Source: Oligoflexia bacterium
Lineage (GTDB): Bacteria; Bdellovibrionota; UBA1018
DNA: 13,194 bases
Assembly (NCBI GenBank): GCA_043732485.1
Contig: JAYTHP010000119.1
Location: 1 to 13,194 of the forward strand
Direction of reading: 5' to 3'
Part shown: piece by piece, positions 7,320 to 13,194 of the stretch
Position numbering within the stretch: position 1 is the first letter of the stretch
Layout: the number at the start of each line of letters is the position of its first letter
Position numbers and translations under genes: made by a program
Notes under the pieces: generated by a model
Told to the model about the DNA's origin: nothing
Databases searched by the model: none
What the model saw: only the letters and a program-made list of their open reading frames with translations

Positions 7320-8465
7320 TCAAACGAAATTGCCCCTTTTTATTTTCTCAACAATAATTTTTTCAGGCATGGTCGGGTCTCGCGGATTGACCGTAAAAAA
7401 AGCCTGTTGCTCACAACGTCGCTTATTCTTCAGCAACCAGTTCAAAATCTCAGTACAGCCACGATTTCTTTTATCTTGAAAGAAAGGGTCATTTTTCAGG
7501 GCGTCTTGCGCCTTCTTTAACGCTCGCACCTCCTGTGCATCATTTTCCTTCACCGGATAGTCATTAAGATCATATTTGGCAATATCCTCCGGCAGCACCC
7601 CCAAAAAACGCACATCAGGCGCCGAGAAATCAGAATTGCGAATCAGGCTCGCAGCCGATCCCGCCTTCAGAGTGCGAAAAATATTTTGCATGGTGTAAGC
7701 GTCAAGGTCACCAAAAAAATACAAGGGGACATTCAGTTGATCTTGGATCAGCTTACACCAACCACGCACGGCGTTCGAAGGAACCCCCTGCGCGCCGAGT
7801 AAAATTGAAGCATGTCGCTTGGTAAACCCATTGGCCACCAAGGTATTGGCCGTACCTTCTGACTCGACAATCAAACAAAAATCAATCTTGCCGCTAGTCG
7901 ATAATTTCAAGTTCTGTGGCCGATTCTTCGGTTGAAAAGGCGTGGTCCCTAGCTTCGACAAATCCACTACCGCTTGATCGCCATCCGGCAGCGTTTCCGT
8001 CACAATCAACTGCTGCGAGTAGGTCTGTCCACCGCGATCGTTGGCATAACAGTTCAGCTCTTCCCGGTAACACTCAAGCATCTCACAAATAAAATCAATC
8101 GTTTCATCTGAAGCATCTTGATCCTCAAAATCCAGCGGCCTTAACTCCGGATCATGCTTAATCTCACCCTTACTAATATAGTAGAGTTCGCGCTTCGTAT
8201 TGACCGCTCCGGTATCAATGTTACGCAATATGATCTCCAACATGAAAATAGCCCGCGACATTTTCTTCACCGAGCTGACGTTCAGCTCGGTGGCCACTTT
8301 CTTATCGCCCGGCGTTAAATATCCTAACTTGTGGTTATAATTAGCATTATCTAAGGAGCATTTGGTGGCGTAAAGAATAGGGCGCTTGGCACGCTCAAGA
8401 TCTGAGAGTAAACGATGACACAGGTTTTTACTCAAAAGCGGTATGGTTTTTTCTTTTCCAATCAT
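7320..8465 (-). CDS. top6A: DNA topoisomerase VI subunit A (Spo11/Top6A family)
   Basis: Winged-helix TKRELYY catalytic Tyr motif, TOPRIM acidic motifs VESEG and GDLD, G.P....R, FLGV.P.DI..Y.L and C-terminal EQQA. 381 aa, 25 nt downstream of top6B. Confidence 0.93.
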   Translation of the reverse strand: MIGKEKTIPLLSKNLCHRLLSDLERAKRPILYATKCSLDNANYNHKLGYLTPGDKKVATELNVSSVKKMSRAIFMLEIILRNIDTGAVNTKRELYYISKGEIKHDPELRPLDFEDQDASDETIDFICEMLECYREELNCYANDRGGQTYSQQLIVTETLPDGDQAVVDLSKLGTTPFQPKNRPQNLKLSTSGKIDFCLIVESEGTANTLVANGFTKRHASILLGAQGVPSNAVRGWCKLIQDQLNVPLYFFGDLDAYTMQNIFRTLKAGSAASLIRNSDFSAPDVRFLGVLPEDIAKYDLNDYPVKENDAQEVRALKKAQDALKNDPFFQDKRNRGCTEILNWLLKNKRRCEQQAFFTVNPRDPTMPEKIIVEKIKRGNFV

Positions 8466-8490
8466 AAATCAATTTTCAACTTTCTCTCAC

Positions 8491-10137
8491 TTAAGCCTTC
8501 ACCAGTGCTTGCTGCTGAGCCTCTAATTTTTCCTGAGCGCGGTTCAGTTCACTTTCCGTCTCGCTCGCATCTCGCCCCAGCAACTTGACTAAGCCTTCTT
8601 CCGCTTTTTTCTTGCGCTCAGGCGAAGCCTGGATAATGCGACACAAGCCGTTCACCAGAATCGGGCAAAACTGCTCAATATGCCGCATCTTTTCTTCGAG
8701 CTCATTGGCCTTGTCTTCCCGCCTAATGTGCTTGGATAGTTTTTGTCCCGCCTGAATCAAAGCCCGCCTGATCTCCTCCACCAGCTCTTCTGAGGCATCG
8801 ATCGTTTCTTTAGAAGCATTTTTAAATTTAATAAACGGCGAAACCACGCTCACAGCGATAATATAGGGCCCTTGCGGCAAGGAATTCTTCGGCTGCACCA
8901 AACCATAGGAGCGCCATTGCACTGACTCGATCGCATGGACAATCGCACAAGACGAGCGATCAAATTGCAAGGGCACACGGTTGGCAAAGCGCAAGACCTG
9001 CACCGCCGACTCCGCCTCAACCGCCCGATTTTCCAACCGCGCAATCCCCACCTCAATCTGCACCGGCTTAAAATCACAAATCGCAGGCTTACGCGTCACC
9101 ACCGAGAAAAAATCCACCGCCCCTAACCGCTGAATACTCTTGGCAAACCCGTCTTCACCGATGGACAAGACCGACTTAGTGGAGGGCGCCATCAGTTTGA
9201 CGTTTTGCAGCCCCACGAACAGGGCTTTAAACTCAATCTCGTTCAAGGAATCGACAAACTTCTCTAAAATCGCAGCCGCAAGGCCAGTTGCCACCAACTC
9301 CGCAAGCACGCTGTCTTGAATGCGCGAGAAACCTTTTTTAAGCCAAACTTTGACCTTCACCTTACCAAACAGGTGAGAATGAGCAATAAATTCGCCCAAC
9401 TTCATAGTATGCGGATGCGGCTCAGTGGCTTCCGGGATCTCAGGCATCACCGAACTCACCCGCTCAATCACGGTTTGCAGCTGGTCGGGGAGCTGATAGC
9501 TCAACTGTAAATGCGGATTCACCAGTGCGGTGGCCGTAAGGTAATTGATCAGCCCAGCTTCCCCGTTCAGTTGCGCTCGGCCATCGACTAGAAACTCAAC
9601 ACACGTGCCATGAGGACGATCCCAAACGATCATCTCTTTTTCTTTAACCACCCCTTGGTTGTTCTTAATATCGACTTCCACCCGACAAGAAAGCGCTTTT
9701 TTCATCTCCTGGGTTTTGGTCTTGACTTGCACCCCGCTTGCGCTCGTCAGCTGCGCCCAGGTGGTCGCCGCCGAAATCCCAATCCCCTGCTGCCCACGGG
9801 AACACCGGCCGCGACCAAACTTGGAAGACGCTAAATACTCACCAAAGACCTTGGGGACATCCTCGATACTAATGCCAGGACCATTATCAGAGACTAATAC
9901 CCGGATTTGATCGCTATTTTTTAACGATCCCGGACCTTTCTTCTCCACCTCTACCCGCAAATCAGGCAAAATGTCGTTTTCTTCACAGGCATCCAGCGCA
10001 TTATCCACCGCTTCCTTCAAAGTGGTTAAAATTGCTTTAGTTTGTGAGGAAAAACCGACTTGTTGCAGGTTCTTGGAGAAGTACTCAGCGGTGCTGCTGG
10101 TGGAAATCTTTTGCGACGCGGGTGTTAGTTTAGCCAT
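8491..10137 (-). CDS. top6B: DNA topoisomerase VI subunit B
   Basis: S.AEYF.KN...GF N-terminus, GHKL motifs EAVDNALDACE, DNGPGI, SKF and RGQQGIG, NPH, PHPH, RFANRVPL, WRSYGL and transducer Lys in FKNASKE. Confidence 0.97.
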   Translation of the reverse strand: MAKLTPASQKISTSSTAEYFSKNLQQVGFSSQTKAILTTLKEAVDNALDACEENDILPDLRVEVEKKGPGSLKNSDQIRVLVSDNGPGISIEDVPKVFGEYLASSKFGRGRCSRGQQGIGISAATTWAQLTSASGVQVKTKTQEMKKALSCRVEVDIKNNQGVVKEKEMIVWDRPHGTCVEFLVDGRAQLNGEAGLINYLTATALVNPHLQLSYQLPDQLQTVIERVSSVMPEIPEATEPHPHTMKLGEFIAHSHLFGKVKVKVWLKKGFSRIQDSVLAELVATGLAAAILEKFVDSLNEIEFKALFVGLQNVKLMAPSTKSVLSIGEDGFAKSIQRLGAVDFFSVVTRKPAICDFKPVQIEVGIARLENRAVEAESAVQVLRFANRVPLQFDRSSCAIVHAIESVQWRSYGLVQPKNSLPQGPYIIAVSVVSPFIKFKNASKETIDASEELVEEIRRALIQAGQKLSKHIRREDKANELEEKMRHIEQFCPILVNGLCRIIQASPERKKKAEEGLVKLLGRDASETESELNRAQEKLEAQQQALVKA

Positions 10138-10328
10138 AGCTGTCTTGAATACAACCAGAACTCAAGCCAATTTGTCAAGAAAGGCCTGAAGTAAAGTGCA
10201 ATCTTTCTCAAAAAAGCCAGCAGAAGCGGGTGTTAAGGGGTCCACCCTGAAAACAGAAATTAAGCTTGATTTCAAGTGCTTAGGACAATAAATCTTATTT
10301 TTTTATTCATTTTTTCAGCCAGCCACCT

Positions 10329-10454
10329 TCATGGGAGGTTTTGAGCCGGTTTTGAAACCAAGGCCTGACGCCCCACCTGACGTCCAAGGATAGCCATTGA
10401 TTTGTCCCCAGGAAGTGAGGTAGCCTCCTTAGGACCGCCAGCAAAACCCCATGA
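10329..10454. other. 126-nt nested inverted-repeat element (candidate structured RNA or MITE-like remnant)
   Basis: Outer arms TCATGG-GA-GGTTTTG (10329-10343) and CAAAACC-CCATGA (10442-10454). Inner arms 10377-10396 and 10421-10441. Confidence 0.4.
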
Positions 10455-11104
10455 CACAAAACCCTGCTTCCTCCATCCGCATCAAACTTAGCCCGTCCTA
10501 CTGGAAACACGCAAGTTGCGTGCCCTTTTCTGAGGATGTCATCCCCTCGAGTTTGTTCTTAAAAAACCGTCATTTCTTGATTATCGATATCGAAACCCAG
10601 CAACTTGCCCAGGAAGTGGGAGGCTGGGAGAACCTGCATCGCTTAAAAATCTCAGTGGCTTGCGCCTATGATAGTCAAACCGAGCAATTTTTGACCTACC
10701 GGGAGTCTGAGCTAGGACAGCTGATCCAGCTGTGTGAAAAGCGGTTGGTGATTGGCTATAACATTCGGGGATTTGACTTACCGGTGCTTGCGGCTTACGG
10801 CTTAAAACTCAAGCCTCTGGATATCTTTGACATCATGTATGATCTGGAATCGCTCACCCGCCAGCGCTTTTTGAAACTGGAGGCGGTGGCGCGCGGCACG
10901 CTGGGGACCGGTAAATCAGCCGATGGACTGCTGGCAGTTGCTTGGTGGAAAGAAGGCAACGTTCAAAAGATTATCGATTATTGTTTGCAAGACGTCCAGG
11001 TGACGAGGGATGTCTTTGAATTTGGCAGAAAAAATGGCTTCGTGAAAATTCAGCGCTCCGAGGACGCGAGCAAGATTAGCCAAATCGCTGTGCAATGGAA
11101 CTAG
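10451..11104 (+). CDS. Stand-alone RNase H-like DEDD 3'-5' exonuclease (RNase_H_2 / YprB-MrfB-like domain)
   Basis: ExoI IIDIETQ, ExoII GYN...FD.PVL and ExoIII YC.QD. The true start may be downstream, e.g. TTG at 10553. Confidence 0.88.
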   Translation: MTQNPASSIRIKLSPSYWKHASCVPFSEDVIPSSLFLKNRHFLIIDIETQQLAQEVGGWENLHRLKISVACAYDSQTEQFLTYRESELGQLIQLCEKRLVIGYNIRGFDLPVLAAYGLKLKPLDIFDIMYDLESLTRQRFLKLEAVARGTLGTGKSADGLLAVAWWKEGNVQKIIDYCLQDVQVTRDVFEFGRKNGFVKIQRSEDASKISQIAVQWN

Positions 11105-11171
11105 CCCCGGCCAAAAACGCTCAAGCACCCTTCCCCGGCTAAAGTAGTCTGAGAAGAGTGCTCTTTTAAGT

Positions 11172-11218
11172 TAAAAAACAAGCCACTAGTTCACTGGTGC
11201 CGCCGAGTCAAGGACTCG
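11172..11218 (-). terminator. Possible terminator region between convergent genes
   Basis: Perfect hairpin CGAGTC-3nt-GACTCG (11204-11218) and imperfect hairpin 11184-11199, followed on the minus strand by TTGTTTTTT. Confidence 0.3.
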
Positions 11219-11227
11219 TCAGGCTCC

Positions 11228-11872
11228 TTACTTCGTCACAGCGGTCGGCACTTTTGCCATGGCCACGATCGGCTTAATCGGTTGGGTGTTGGCCTGATCG
11301 CTCATGACGTCATCCGCAATCTGGCTTGCAAGCGTTGGCCAGCCCGATTGACCGCGACAGCCCTGACGCTCGACTAACACACCGTTATTTTGGACCAGCT
11401 TGAGATGCACGGGAGCCCAGCATTCGCCGCCTGTTGCGACGAGTGGTTTTTCCGATTCCACTTGCAAGGCTTTCAGCGTTTTCTTAATCTCCTCAACTTT
11501 CAAGCGGGAGGGCACCACCCCCATGAAGCTGAGACTGGGGAGTACTGAGACCATCGGTTGATTCATCTTCATGAATCCGAGATGCACCAGAAAGCCCTGG
11601 GGGCCGTTCCAATGACTGCTGGGTCCATCAAATTCTAGATACCCTTCGATGATCGAAGCGGGATCTTCCCCCACGAGGCTCACTAGCTTCTTATCCGCCT
11701 GGTGACCCTTGGAGCAAGCAGTCCCGAGCGATAAGACGAGCAGGAGCGCCCCGAATCTGGTGAACCAGCGCTGATCGGAGTTCAAGCCTGAGGCTTGGAG
11801 TGGGTTTGGAGCTTGACGCAGTCGGCTCACTGGCAGAACTGAGAGGGTTTGGATGTCAAGGTTCGAGCTCAT
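11228..11872 (-). CDS. Hypothetical protein, putative lipoprotein
   Basis: 214-aa ORF with RWFTRFGALLLVLSLGTA-C signal/lipobox-like segment. ATGA overlap with the upstream gene. Confidence 0.7.
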   Translation of the reverse strand: MSSNLDIQTLSVLPVSRLRQAPNPLQASGLNSDQRWFTRFGALLLVLSLGTACSKGHQADKKLVSLVGEDPASIIEGYLEFDGPSSHWNGPQGFLVHLGFMKMNQPMVSVLPSLSFMGVVPSRLKVEEIKKTLKALQVESEKPLVATGGECWAPVHLKLVQNNGVLVERQGCRGQSGWPTLASQIADDVMSDQANTQPIKPIVAMAKVPTAVTK

Positions 11873-13194
11873 AGCGATTTCTCCTGTTTTTGCTCAAGTA
11901 GGTGACTCAGACAGCTTTTGGCTTGAGGATTTTGGATGAAGAACTTCAATTCACAACCTGGGGCACTCAGTTGGACGGCAAGGCTTGAAGCAATCGCCCA
12001 GTTTTTCTCTGAGAAGGATTCCGAGGCTTTCACCCCCATGCAATTGAGGAGCGGATCCCAGGGCTGCGGCGCGGCTGTTGCTGCAGATTTCATAGAGGTG
12101 GCGGCAGCGGGTGCCGGTGACAGACTTGCCACCAGAGCGTGACCGGGCGTGGCTGCAGTCGCAGGCGAAGCTGCAGGAGCTCTGCTCAGCGTTGCTTCCA
12201 GCATGGCCGTCGTAGGCGACCAGACTTGTGCAAGCGTGCGGGTCATTTCAAAGGCCGCTCTTTTTGGTTCTCGCAAGAGTAACCGCATGAAGCCTTGGCC
12301 GAGAAGGAGAGAGTGATGATTTTGTTCGTTTTTCACCACTAACAACTCCCCTCTCCAGCTCAAGTCGGGCAAGTTCAGATAAGGGGGGCGATACAGCTGG
12401 GTTTCTTCTAACGCTGCCACCATGCCCTTGTAGAGTTCCGGTGATTGCGCAAACTTGGAGTGCTTTAACCAATCGAGTAACAGCTTTTTGCTGTGCCGAT
12501 ACTCGGTTAGAAGCTTTTTCCAGTCGGCAGGATGAATCGGCTTGGCGTGAATGCCCGGACCGCGGTATTCGGTCGACACACACTCGCCGACGGCTGGTTT
12601 GCCCATCACGGTGAATTTGTAATCGTCTTCAGGCAGCCAAGTTTCATAGCCCATCTTGCCGTCAAGCTTTTTACTCTGGACGTCATTGTCGGAGTCGTTC
12701 TTGGATGAAAAGGAGGCTTCTTCCTCTTTGCCGCCTTCTTTGCCAAGCTCTTTGCCGTCTGGCATGACTGAGTCCTTATCCGCGCCGCCGCCTGCTGCCT
12801 TCTGCATTTTTTTGGTAGACGGCATCACTGCGCTAAGCGGCATGTGAACCGCATGTTGCTGAGCGTGCGTGGTCGCTAGGGGCTGTTCATGAGCGTTACG
12901 GGAGTGATGATGCTGTTTCAGCTCTTCGTTTGCACGCGTTTCTAAAGCACTTTTTTCTTCAGCGACAGCTTTTTTATTTTTCAATTCCCCTTTAGAACCC
13001 TCTGAAGGTGAGGCAAGATGACGCTTTGAAGTCCCTTCCACGCCGCTGCCTTCCTCTTTTGCGACTTGGCTAGCGTTACCGCCTGCCTGCTCGCCTGCTA
13101 CAGGCTCTGAGCCCCCACGATTGGGGTCTGATAAGCGATACATCACCGTGGCTCCGCCCATGACCAGCGCGCCAATCCCCACTGCTATCCAAGT
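11869..13194 (-). CDS. Hypothetical membrane-anchored protein, 5' end probably outside the window
   Basis: Frame stays open upstream of GTG 13182 to the window edge (ACT TGG ATA GCA GTG). N-terminal hydrophobic stretch, long charged/His-rich low-complexity linker, globular-looking C-terminal half. Confidence 0.75.
   Translation of the reverse strand, partial: TWIAVGIGALVMGGATVMYRLSDPNRGGSEPVAGEQAGGNASQVAKEEGSGVEGTSKRHLASPSEGSKGELKNKKAVAEEKSALETRANEELKQHHHSRNAHEQPLATTHAQQHAVHMPLSAVMPSTKKMQKAAGGGADKDSVMPDGKELGKEGGKEEEASFSSKNDSDNDVQSKKLDGKMGYETWLPEDDYKFTVMGKPAVGECVSTEYRGPGIHAKPIHPADWKKLLTEYRHSKKLLLDWLKHSKFAQSPELYKGMVAALEETQLYRPPYLNLPDLSWRGELLVVKNEQNHHSLLLGQGFMRLLLREPKRAAFEMTRTLAQVWSPTTAMLEATLSRAPAASPATAATPGHALVASLSPAPAAATSMKSAATAAPQPWDPLLNCMGVKASESFSEKNWAIASSLAVQLSAPGCELKFFIQNPQAKSCLSHLLEQKQEKSL

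Noticed and set aside
7320..8465. Alternative reading as Wadjet JetD, topo VIII or another defence TOPRIM nuclease
   Set aside because: It is paired with a canonical separate Top6B, and no SMC/kleisin genes or fused B-A architecture are present.
11105..11143. Direct repeat CCCCGGC(C/T)AAA, two copies
   Set aside because: Short, two copies only, and no associated mobile-element features.
526..12847. Numerous short alternative-frame or antisense ORFs in the track (e.g. 844-1176, 2545-2898, 3894-4274, 6916-7317, 10307-10510, 12248-12583)
   Set aside because: Most lie within or opposite well-supported genes. They show no recognisable motifs and are best explained as shadow ORFs.

Overview
Gene-dense bacterial chromosomal window. 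The gene families present suggest a Bdellovibrionota/Oligoflexia- or Myxococcota-like organism (inference only). From left to right: 2-oxoacid dehydrogenase E1 beta (partial) and E1 alpha; an ICMT/PEMT-family membrane methyltransferase; an ExbD/TolR plus ExbB/TolQ pair with no adjacent TonB/TolA; a HAD phosphatase; an FKBP PPIase overlapping a truncated (2/2) haemoglobin; a degenerate HD-GYP protein; an apparently intact archaeal-type DNA topoisomerase VI pair (top6B-top6A); a divergent stand-alone DEDD (RNase H-like, YprB/MrfB-type) exonuclease; and two translationally coupled hypothetical envelope proteins. The most notable item is the bacterial topo VI locus, with the exonuclease on one side, the degenerate HD-GYP gene on the other, and potentially structured non-coding elements in both flanking spacers. 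I found no rRNA, tRNA, CRISPR array or transposase.
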